Part shown: one piece after another, positions 1 to 12,400 of the stretch
Layout of the letters: each line of letters opens with the position of its first letter
Numbering within the stretch: position 1 is the stretch's first letter
Source: Negaprion brevirostris
Lineage: Eukaryota
Direction: 5' to 3'
Assembly: GCA_030324005.1 (NCBI GenBank)
Contig: JARDVH010000099.1
Location: 54,709,899 to 54,773,898 of the forward strand
Length of the DNA: 64,000 nucleotides
The notes under the pieces: model-generated
Databases searched by the model: none
What the model was told of the DNA's origin: nothing
The model's input: the letters and a program-made list of their open reading frames with translations, nothing else
Program-made: the position numbers and the translations under genes

Positions 1-321
1 TGCACCTTATTTTCCCTCTCTAATATTACCTTCTGGTTCCCCTCCCCCTGCCAAGTTAGTTTGAACCCTTCCCAACAGCACTAGCAAACCTTTGAGAAGT
101 GAAATGAACGTCATTATTTGTTTTAAGTGTGTCTCTGAGAGTTTAAATGTCGATGTTTATAAATTTGCTACCTGAAAAACAATGTACTGTAAGTTTCTGG
201 TTTTGGAACATGCGCATGGAAAAGCCTGCCTTCACAGTTTATAAAACTGTACATTACTAAAACACTTCTATTGGTGGAGGACATAATTTGCTGTAGTAAC
301 CTTTGAATATTTTATTGCCAG

Positions 322-424
322 AAAATTAGTAGTTCATGGGTTTACTCTCAATGAAGCTGGTGAGAAAATGTCCAAATCTGTGGGAAATGTGGTGGATCCA
401 GACGTTATTATTAATGGAGGGCAG
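322..424 (+). CDS. IARS2: IARS2 exon containing the KMSKS motif
   Basis: ttgccag|...|gtaagt; [34 protein letters not shown]. Confidence 0.95.
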
Positions 425-3400
425 GTAAGTCATTATTGAGCTTCTCCTCTCCCTCCCCTAAAGAGTAGTCCTTTTATGGTTGCTTTCATACCTTAAAGGT
501 GGAAATAATGACAGCATCTAAGTATATAAAAATAGCCCATTATAATATGCATCATAGAAACAGAAATGGGTCATTTAGCCCCTTAAGCCTGCTCTGCCTT
601 TCAATTAAGTCATTATTGAACTGAGACCTAACTCCAAATATACCCCACATATGTTCCCCTTTAATCTCTAATATCTTTGGTTAACAAAACCTATTAATCT
701 CAAAACTAACAATTAACCTAGCATCAATTGTTGTTTGTGGAAAAGAGTTGCAGGCATCTACCATCCTTTGCGTGTAGATTTATTTTCGAATTTCACTCCT
801 GGAAGGTCTGCCTCTAATTTTTAGACTTTGCTCCATGGTCCTGGACTCCCTAACCGGTTAAAAAGTTACTCTCTATCTACCCTATATGAATTCTTTAATA
901 TCTTGAAAAATTGTAGTTAATATTTTACTCATTAACCTTTTAAACTTTAGGCAAACAACCCTTGTTTTTGTAATGTTGTTTTGTAATTTAACAAATTAAA
1001 TTTGAAGTCTAGTTATCAATCTCGTAAATCTACTGCCTCCAAAACCCACTATGTCGTTACTCTGACATGAGGTGCAAAAGACTGCTCATAGAATTCCAGG
1101 TGTGATCCAACCAGGTATTTGAGTGGCTATAGCACGATTTCTACTTCCCCGTATTTGAAATCCTCTAAATGTAAAAACCAATTCGATTTACCCTTTTATT
1201 TTCCGTATTGCCTCGTGATTAATGTACAAGGGCCCCCAAATCTCCTTGGACCTTCACTATTTCTAGCTTTTAACCGTCTCTACATTATGCTGTTCTAACC
1301 TTTTTAGACCTAAGGGAACGGCCTCACATTTGTCTACATTGAAATCCATTTACCACTATTTTGTTCATTCTGATAATTTAATATCCCTTTGTAATTCTAC
1401 ACTGCATGATATGCCACCTATCCTTTGTCACTGGCAAACTTGGGGATGCAACTTTCTGTCACATTATCTGAATTGTTAATCAGCTAGGTGAATAGTTTAG
1501 ACCCCAACACACATCGTTGCAGGGCATTGCAATCACGTCCTACCAATTAGAGCACTTACTCATTGTCCCTAGAGGTTATCCCCTGCCACTCAATGAATTT
1601 CCTAACCAGGCCAATTATTTGTCTTCTATAAGTCTCTATGAGGGACTTTATCAAATGCCCCTGGAAGTCCATATAAATAATATCTGTAGACATTCCTCGG
1701 TGCAATACTATAATCAGTTCTTTAAAAAATTCAATCAGGTTTGTAAGGATTTGTTTGTTCGGAAGAAAATTATGTTGTTATTTGCGTGGTCAAGAAATTT
1801 CTTTGCATCCAGCAATAATTCATGCAAATTGTGTGTTGAATATATTTAAAGATAATCACATCATTTATAAATTACATATGTCCTTTATTTACATAATATC
1901 AACTGTATTTAGCAGAATTGCATTTGTTATATAGGATCCAAACCAAAATCCAGCTTATGGAGCAGATGTTCTTCGCTGGTGGGCAGCAGAGTCCAATGTT
2001 TTCACAGAAGTTTTGATTGGACAAAATGTACTGCATGCAGCCAGAGATGATGTTTTTAAGGTGAGAGATGCAATAAAATTAATTCTGAAGCTTGCTCACT
2101 AAGATGTACATAATATGTTTTGACCACAACGTGTTTCATTATTAATTTTATTACTTGAATTTATAAAGAACACTTTTTATTCAGTTCAATTATGACAGTC
2201 TGAACTTGGACTGAGTGATGGAGCATATTGACCAAAGCAATGCACTGCATATTGGTATTGCACATTTGAGCACTTTTGGCAATGCCATGGAACATTAGAT
2301 GAAGTTTTGTTTATTGGGCTTGGTAATCAATCTGGGTTGCATTGTGTGGGTCGATCATAGACAGACATCCACTATACAACCTGCCGCTGGCAACAAAAAT
2401 TGAATTGATCCACTGTCACCAAGTTACTATTGTGCATCTCCTGGCTTGGCAGCCAGTTAATTTGAAGATTAACCAATGTCTGAAAGCTGCCTGCAGGGAA
2501 AACATCCTCCTCAAAGAACACCACTAGCTGACATTCTACAAAGCATTCCTATTGACACAGGGCCTCAGAAACAGTGGAGGCTCTCATCTGAAATACTGTG
2601 ATCCCTGCTGGAGCACCCTCCACCCCCTCCAAACTGTCAACAGCGCCACCTCTTGACGGCAGACCTGGTTGACTGCAAACATCACCAACCATAAACCGGC
2701 AACTGAGCCGAGTGATCAAGTCCCAGGTTTCAACTTTCCACTGAAAACCTGGACAATCCTCAACTGCTTGACGGCTGACCAGGGAAGATGTGGCCACTTG
2801 CTGCACTGGTGGAACATGAAGAATAGCTGAAATTGTGACTGGCCATCTGATTTGGGCCATTGTCCACATACTGCACTCCTGCCCTGAGAGATCCATTCCT
2901 GTTGACAGCACAACCAACACACTGTGTTAGCTGAAGCTGCTGAATGGATTGTGAACCTCAACATCAAACTACAACTGCTTCCCCAGCCATATGAACTTTA
3001 GATGTCTATATAATTGGCAGCAGAGGAACTGAAAACACCAGAGAGAAATTTGAGAATGCCATACCTTTCCGCGGAGGATAAATACTTAGAAAAAAAATCA
3101 AAACAGTTTGTAAACAAGATAATACTTAGCCAGCCTTTGTACACCAAGGAAAAGCTGATTTGTTAAACTAACAAGAAAATGGCATTTGTTACATTTTCAA
3201 AGGACTAGTAAAAATAAGCTAATTTAGATTTAGAAGTAAATTTTCATTTCCATTACTAAATGAATTAGAAGCAAAAGGGAATAAGTGCAGGATTTGGATG
3301 AAAAGCCATCAGCAAGAGTATGAAATAAAAGAAAAATCACATAGGATTATTCAAATACGGAATGCTTCACACAAATGCCCAATAAAGCTGTGCCAATCAC

Positions 3401-6400
3401 GGCAACAATTAATGGAAAATTTAAAAGGGTACAGACAAGCGAAAGAATAGGGATTAGATACCTCTGGGGAGCTGTCAGTTGGCACAGACACGGTGACTCG
3501 AATGACAGTGATTATATAATTTATTATGAATCCTTAAACCTACCTGACATTTAAATGGCAAGAGGAGAGTTTTTTAATGAATTTTTAAAAATCCACCTTT
3601 TTCAAGTTGAGCTTTATTCCAAAGAAGGATCAAATTCACATGCTTCTGTTAAATTCAAACAGATTATTTCTAAATTTTGGTTTGTGATTGAGATTAAAAG
3701 TATTAGTTCAGAATTTAATTTTTTTTAAAAATGTCAGGTATTGAATCTGAAATAAAAGAACATTTTGGGAGATGCCTAGGCGCAATGCAAGATTTGAAGA
3801 ATGGTCAGGAATCAAAACATTGACTTGTCTGTTACTTAAACATATGTAAACCATACGCTGCATGGGTTCTGTTGTAGTGCCAAAGAGAGGCACTTCTTTG
3901 CTCTTCCAGTGTAACCCAGTGAGATTATTGAACTTTCTCATATTAAAGAAGTTTTTGAACAGTGCAACTGTTCACCTATTAGGAAAAGATGTTGTAAAAG
4001 TACACTATTCTAACTCACTGTGTCAACTGGTTCCTACATTTATATATCCCATCTTTAGGACATCTCAAAGTATTTCATTGCCAATGACAGGGTGTACTTA
4101 CTGTTATGTTACACACTGATTTTGAAAATATTGTTTTAGTCTGAATGCAAATGTTTTGTTAGTAAAGGAGCACAAAATTGGCTTGATTTTAAACATTTGA
4201 AAGGGAAAGTATCTGAGAATTAGATAAATCAAATCTGAGATGAACTATTTGACTTTATAACATAGTACATTATGCAGAAATTGTTTGAACATTGCACCAG
4301 TAAAGTGTTTCGTTTATAACATGAACCAGGAAGATGTTATTACTAATCATTATATCAAAGTTTGCAGTGACTTTTTCAGAAATGCCTAACACATTTTCAT
4401 TAAAACCAGAAATGAGCACAAACTGAGGTCAACTGGGATNNNNNNNNNNNNNNNNNNNNNNNNNNNNNNNNNNNNNNNNNNNNNNNNNNNNNNNNNNNNN
4501 NNNNNNNNNNNNNNNNNNNNNNNNNNNNNNNNNNNNNNNATTGGCCCTTAGTGTCCCAGGATGTGCAGGTTAGTTGACTGGCCATGCTAAATTTCCCCTT
4601 TGTGTCAGGGGGGTTAGCCAGGTAAGTATGTGAAGTTACGGGAATAGGGCCTGGGTGGGATTGTGGTTGGTGCATATTCGATGGGCTGAATGGCCTCTGC
4701 ACTGTAGGGATTCTACAATTTAATGATTTGCTTCTAAATTACATATTGAATGAAGGAACGGATGGAATAATAGGAGAAGGTTCTAACAGTTGCTGTGGAA
4801 TCTTAGATATCTTCCAGGTGGTTCACTGGATATGAAAGTCCTTTCGAACATTGAAGAAAGAAACATAAAACAGATAGGGAATAGCCGTTATACGGTTGAA
4901 GCTTGGTTTTTTGTCAAGTTTGTTCGGGGTTGGTATTTCAAAAGGGAAATAGATGACTTGCCATAGATTTCCTTCTGTTTCTATCAATGTTAATGGCTTA
5001 AAAATCACATTAACCTGTTCAATTCATTGAGTAATTATGTTACCTGCATTTATAAGGTAATGGCACACTGGACAGCCCTTTTCATAATCAGTGTCTTTGC
5101 ATATCTTCTTACATTAAAGACTCCACATAAATATAAGTTTCATTAGTTTTGAGTTATTATAATTCATTGGAAATTTGACCAACTTACGGCCCCCTAATTG
5201 GTAATGCTGCCTTAATACATTGCTCAGCTTTCATGGTAAAACAGGTTCATGATGCATTCATTCTGCTCAAAGGAAAATGTGTTCCATAAATTAGTCTAAT
5301 TATAGACTCTACTTTAAAATCTTAAACAGAGCACCTGTTCATTTGAAGGGATGGATCCAAGTGTAATTTGTTTGCAAACGACACCACAACTGCCCAAAAT
5401 ATCCCACACTGGCTGTAAGATTAAAGAGGCATAAAAGCAGGCCTGTGACCTGTAGGACCTGATTTGCCATGCAAAATATTTCTCAATGCTGCTGGCTACA
5501 TGAATTGGAACCTTTTGGCAAATTGCCTGGCTTTGAGGTTGTAGCCCTCGTAGCCCTCGTATCCCCCTAATCCATGCACGTTGGGCATGATTCTCTGCTG
5601 CCGCCAGCTGAGGCAGGATCTCTGCTGGTCCATTGAATCGGGCATCAGTGCTAAAATGGGAACCTAACTGTAAAGCTGAAAATGCAATTGACATTTTATT
5701 ATTGGGCCTCCAGGTATGCTGCCCACCCCCCTCCTCCCTGCTCCCACTGTGCCAAATCCAGCAGGTGGAATTTGGCACAGGTCCTGACAATTGTGGCACC
5801 TTGGACTCCAGGGAGGGGATGGGGGGCTGGTGGGAGGAGTCTTACCACACCTTAGGGTGGCAACTGTTTCTAGTCTTGCCCTTTATAAATTCATCCACCT
5901 CTTTGCTTCATGGTTAATCAGGCTTTTCTGCTTCCTCCATAATCTCTTCAGAAGTCTCTTTTTAAACTCCAATGTTATGTCTCTGTTTCTTAACTGTTGT
6001 TTTCTATCCATGACAACCTTCTTGAAGATGTCTTTTTTATCTCAGTTTCCATCATCTCATTTAACTGTGACACCCATTAGTTTATTTCTCTGTGGGACAC
6101 ATTTAGGGGGGCCAGGGGGGTGCAGGTTACTCTGTTCCCAGCACTATATAAATGCAAGCTATCATCTGTTCCAGATGTTGACTGTTTTAGTTAAAGTATA
6201 AATACTGTGGAAACTATGTCAAACAGTTATTAGGAAATAAAAAGCAGAATTCTACATCCAACATCCCAGAACACATTCCCTGAGCTGGAATACTGCAATA
6301 TTATTTATTACATTTTTCTTGATTCAGTTTTAAATCTACTAGTGTCAAGTTGGCTGATTAGAAGTAGGTTGTATTCATAGAATCATAGAATCCCGACAGT

Positions 6401-9400
6401 ACAGAAGAAGACGATTCAGCCCATCGAGCCTGCAGCAACAACGATCTGACCCAAGCCCTATTCTTGTAACCCTATATATTTACCCTGTTAAGCCCCCTGA
6501 CACGAGGGTTAATTTAGCATGGCCAATCAACCTAACCTGCAAATCTTTGGAGTGTGGGAGGAAACCAGAGCACCCGGGGGAAACCCACGCAGATGCAAGA
6601 GAACATGCAAACTCTACACAGTCACCTGAGGCTGGAATTGAACCCAGATCCTTGGCACTGTGAGACAGCAGTACTAACTACTGTGCCACCGTGCTGCCAG
6701 ATGCTCCTTAGATTTATAGTAAAGACAATCTACCTTGTTGCCTTATGTAGAAAAACTTGAAGGCTTGCAGATTTTGATAATTGCTTTATCTTCTGTTTTT
6801 TTCAGTTACGGAATACGTTACGCTTTATGTTGGGGAATCTTTATGATTTTGACCCTGAAACTGATGCAATTCCAAGTGAACAAATGCTAATAGTGGATCA
6901 GTATATGCTTCACCTTCTTCAAGATTACAGTACCAAGGTACTGTCACCAAAATATTCATCATCATTCTTTAAAGCATTGGGCACAAAAGTTATAAATTCC
7001 CAAGGCACAACAATACCTATTGTAGAATGTTTGGAATAATTAACTTCTCCACTGATGTTAGAAAAAAATGCATTGAACGATTGAGACTAATAAGTGAATT
7101 TATTAATCAAACAGTTATCATACTGAATTGTAATTTCCTGGTATTATCACCTGAATGAATCCAGGCTAGTGGAACATTATATGCATGTGTGAAGGGGTTT
7201 AAGCTATTGCTGACTGTGCTTTTTATTAATTTGTGTGGTGTGGGAATCTCTGGCAAAACCCACATTTATTGCGCAATCTTAATTGAGAAGTTGGTAGTGG
7301 ACTGCTGCAGTGTAGGTGGTGAAGAAGTCCTGCAGTGCTATTAAGGAGGAAATTCCAGGATTTTGACCCAACAATGAAGAAGAAACTGCATTATATTTCC
7401 AAGTCACAGTGTGAAGGGAGTGATGTTCCCATATGTCTGCTGCCTTTACCCTTCAAGGTTGTTGAGATTGCACATTTGGTAGGTGTTGTTGAAGAAGCCA
7501 TGATGAAGTTGCGCTGCGTTTTGTATGTAATACACTCTGCAGTCACAGTGTATGGTGGAAGGAATTAATATGTAAGGTGGCGGTGAATGGGGTGCCAATT
7601 AAGCAGGCTGCTTTGTCCATGGATGATGATAAACTTCCTGAAGTGTTGTTGGAGCTGCACTCCACCAGGCAAAGGTAGAATATTCCATCACAATTGACTC
7701 GTGCCATGCTAAAGGTGTAAAAGATTTTGGGGTGTCAGGTGATGAATTAGCCATTGTAAAATATCCATCCTCTGACCTGCTCCTGGAACCACAGTACTTG
7801 TATGGCTGGTTCTATTTAAATTTCTGGTTGGCGGTAACCTTTTGGAAGTTGATGGTGAGGAAAATCAACAACCAAATGCTGTTGAATATCATGGGGAGCT
7901 GATTAGATTCACCCCTTGGAGATAGTCCTTGTCTGGCACTTGTGTGGCATGAATATAACTTTCCGCTGATCAGCCCAAGTCTGAATGTTGTCTAGGTCTT
8001 GCTATATATGCACATGGGCTACTCCAGAATCTGAGGAGTAGCAAATGGTACTGAACACTATGCTATAATCAGCAGTATTAATTTAACAAATGGCCTGAAC
8101 AAAAAAGAACAACTCACAGGTCAAGAATGTCCATCAGTGGCAGAATTTAATTTCAGTTATACTCAGCTTTGTGTTTTTAATATTTTTAAGCTGCTGAAAT
8201 ATATGCATTTTGCCATAATCATTCACCAGAGGATCTGTTTTTAATTTTATTCAGGTTACAGAGGCTTATAAAGAGTATGATTTTGGAAAAGTTATTCGCC
8301 TCTTGATGGCATTTATTAACAGAGAACTCTCTAACTTTTACTTCAGCATCATCAAAGATCGGTTAGTATAATATTTAAAACTACTGTGTTTAGGCTTGAT
8401 TTGCAAACAGAAAAGCTTTTGCTTAGTAAGTACTTTAAATGGACTGCCAAACCAGACCAAACAATTAAAACAAATAGCTTAATGGTATTATTTTACAACC
8501 AGAACTGTAATGAATAGTTTACATTTAAAAATAAATAGTGGGCAAAGCTACACAATCCATATTTACTGACTACCACCATCAGTTGCTCTAAGAAGGCAGT
8601 GAAAGGCTGCCTTCATGAACTGCTGCAGTCCTTGTACAATGGTGCTCCCACATTGATATTAACTATGGAATTCTACGATATAAATATACAAGTGAGTGGT
8701 GATTCATTCCATGTTCAGACTATGTTACTCCAAGGTGACGGTATTCCCACAATATTTTCTCTCGTGCTTTTTGGTGATATCAGTTATAGGTGAGAGCTGT
8801 GCTGTTAAATTGCTGCAGTACAACTTATAGATCAGACGTACTGCAACCACAGTGCACCAGTGGTGGAGCCAGTGCATATTCAGTCCAATGTCACAGGCAC
8901 CAATCAAGGAACCTACTCTCTCCTGGATGATGTTGAGTTTCTTGATGCTGAATATTTCATTACTCCTGACTTGAACCTTGTAAATGGTGGTGAGCCTTTG
9001 AGAACAGGAAATGAGCCCCTCGTTGCAGAATATGAACCTCTATCCTGTTCTTGTAGCCATGGTAATAATCTAACTGGTCTGTTTAGTTTCTAGTCAGCAC
9101 TGATCTCCAAGATAATAGGGCAACTCTATAATAGCGGTCCAGCTAAAGGACAGAGAAAATAATTGGCCTTTCCCTTGTTCATTACTTGGTATTTAAGTGG
9201 CACAATTGTTACCTATCATTTTTCAGGCCAAGCTCGTCTGGTATCTAAGTCTTGTTGGTTAGCATGAACTGCTTCGTTAATAAGAGCTAGCAATGGAACT
9301 GATGTGGGTTTGTTATTGTCTGCTGGAGATATTAGAGATTGCCTGTCTAAACAGTGTTGTATTAAAATTACAGATTATATTGTGAAGATGAGAAAAACCC

Positions 9401-12400
9401 CAAGCGTCGATCATGTCAGACAGTTTTAGATGAAGCATTAGATGTAATCTCTCGTTCTATGGCCCCAATTCTGCCTCACCTTGCAGAGGAAGTATTCCAG
9501 CACCTACCAAACAGTAAAGGTAGCATTTCTTCAATGCTATTATTTGCTTTTACTAATATAAAAGTTATAACTCAAAATACATCGAATGCATATTTAAATC
9601 AAGAATAAACCTCTTACGTTTCTTGGTTATCTTTCAGAGCCTATGAGTGTGTTTCGTACAGGCTGGATAAAAGCCAGTTCTGTTTGGAAGAAGCCTGGCA
9701 TTGTGGAGGCTATTGAGGGTGCTTGTGCAATAAGAGACAGTTTCTTGAGCTCCATACCTGGAAAAAACTCAACTGAGTATGATGTAACCATTATCATTGA
9801 GCCTAGCTTGTTGCTCGAGTTGATGGAGGTAACTCTAACCAACTTTGGCAGAAATCTTGACATAAAGAAAACTAAATTTACTTAAATTAACTATTATTAT
9901 AAGAAAAATTGGACATTATTGGATCCAGGATTTGGGTGAAAAAATAAATGTTCGCAGGTCAAACTTCAGGTCAGGATTTACCACACCCGATTACTTGCAA
10001 ACATTTGGCATGGCTGACCTTTAGCCCACCTGGCACAGCACACATGAATACAGGTATGGTGATGGACCTAATCTGAAACCAAGCAAAGAAATGCTAATTT
10101 TATCAAATGTTCAAATTGGTGTGCTGCCCTTGAATAGTAGGGTTGTCAGAAGTAGAGCAAGGAAAATAGCAAAGGAAAGCAATAGAGACTTGCAACCACT
10201 GGAATGTGTGCAAATGATGAGGTGGGTCAGAAGCCCTTGAATTACACAGGTCTTTTACATCAGAATGAACAGTGAAGAGGAGTTTAATTGGTGGCTGCAG
10301 GCTAATGTCAGGGCATGCTCATTTTAATTACTGGCTGTAAAGATCACTGTGGCCTGAAATTTCTACATCTCCGGGTTATTCCAGCCTTCTACAGGTGTCA
10401 TTGAATAAAGAGAATTACAGCACAGGAACAGGCCTTTCGGCCCTCATCCTGCATTGACCATTCTGCCTGACTTAACTAAAACCCCCATAGGCAGCATATG
10501 TCAATTTGCTGCCTGCATCAACAAATTAAACCATTTTATCATCTCTCCTATGAAGATAGTGCTTTATTTTCTGGCTATGTGGTCAGTATTGCTGGTTTCC
10601 CACAGGCCCGGGGAATTATTAATTGTGAACACATTATTCTAAGATTCTGTGAAAACAATGCATGAAGACCATGCATTTTTGTTAATAGGATAAATAGCTG
10701 AGATGTAGTCATCTTTACAAAACATGGTTACAAGGTGATCAGGTTTGGTAAATAAGAATTCCAGGATACACAACATTTCTAAAAGACAGGCANNNNNNNN
10801 NNNNNNNNNNNNNNNNNNNNNNNNNNNNNNNNNNNNNNNNNNCAGTGAAAAATAATCTTGGCTCAGAAAATTAGGAAATAGAACCAGTATGGGTGGAGGT
10901 TCAGAGAATGCTAATAGGTGGTGTTAATAGGCACTCTAACAGTAGTTATACCATTGAGCAGAGCATTAAATAAGAAATTATTGGAGCTTGTAATAAAGGC
11001 ACTGTATAATAGTTGTGGGGGCTAACCCTTCATATCAATCACATTAATCTTCACATTGACTGGATCATTCAAATTGTTAAAAGTTTGAGTTTGTAGAATG
11101 TACCTGTGACAGTTTCCTGAAGCAATATGTTGTGAAAGCAACTAGGGATAAAACTGTTATATCTAAATATTATGTACTGAAGCAGGGTTAATTAGTAATG
11201 TCATTGTAAAAGATCTACTACCAAATAGTGACCGGAATGCAACTGAAGTCCACATTTAAACTTGAAAATTCCTTATTCCAATCACAAGGAAGAATAAAAC
11301 AAAGAATTAAACAAAGGCAGGTGTGAGGGGAGAACTGGCTACGGTTTATTAGATAAATTGACTAAAAGGGTATGTCAGTAAATAAGTGGAAAACGTGTAA
11401 AGGAACAACTTAAAATGTTCAACAAAATTAAATTTTCCATTGAAAAATTTTAATAAAAATGATCTATAGTTGACTAAAGAAGTTGAGAATTGTAAAAGGC
11501 TTAAAATTCTTCAAATAACTGTAGTAAGTCTAAGGATTGGGAGTGTTTTAGAGAACAACAAAGGACCAACAAAAGGTTAATTAAAAAGAGGAAAAATAGA
11601 ACATGAGAGTAAACTAACCAGTAATAGAAAAAACAGATTGTAAGTGCTTCTGCATGTGTATAAAAAGGAAGAGTAGCAAAAGTAAATGTTAGGCCTTTAG
11701 AAGCAGAGACATTAAACAAATATTGCATTCCTCCTCACAAAAGAGGACACAAGTTACATAGAAGAGTGAGGTAATTAATATCACCGAACTAGTACTTTTC
11801 AAACTCAAGGGACTAAATTCCAACAAATACCCAGGACCTATGGTCTACATTTTATGGTTCTAAAAGATGTTGCTGCAGAGATGGTGAATGCACAGGCTAT
11901 TCTGTCACAGTCCCAGCAGATTAGTAGTCAACAAATATAACGCCACTATTCAAGAAAAATGATGGAGAGAAAACAGAAAATTACGCACCACTTAACCTGA
12001 TGTCAGCATCATAATAGTGCTAGAATCTATTATTAAAGAAGTCTGAACAATGTTTTTAAAAACATAATTGTAATTGTTGGTGTTCAAAGAAACTTGTACA
12101 AGGAACACAAAATTAACACACAGCAAGTAATTAGAAAAGTAAAGAACGTGTTGACCTTTATTGCAGAGAGATTGGAATACAAAGACAAGTCTTCCTACAA
12201 TTATACTGGGTTTTGACAAGATCACACTTGGAATACTGTACAATTTTGTCTCCACATTTAAGAACATGAAGCTAACTATCTCAGACAATGCAACAATAGC
12301 CACCATCCTGCAGTTTAGAAGCCCAGAACAATATCTATTTTAATCCTGTTATAAATGCACACAGGCATAGTAAGACCAAATTGTGGCAGGTGTGATTTCT

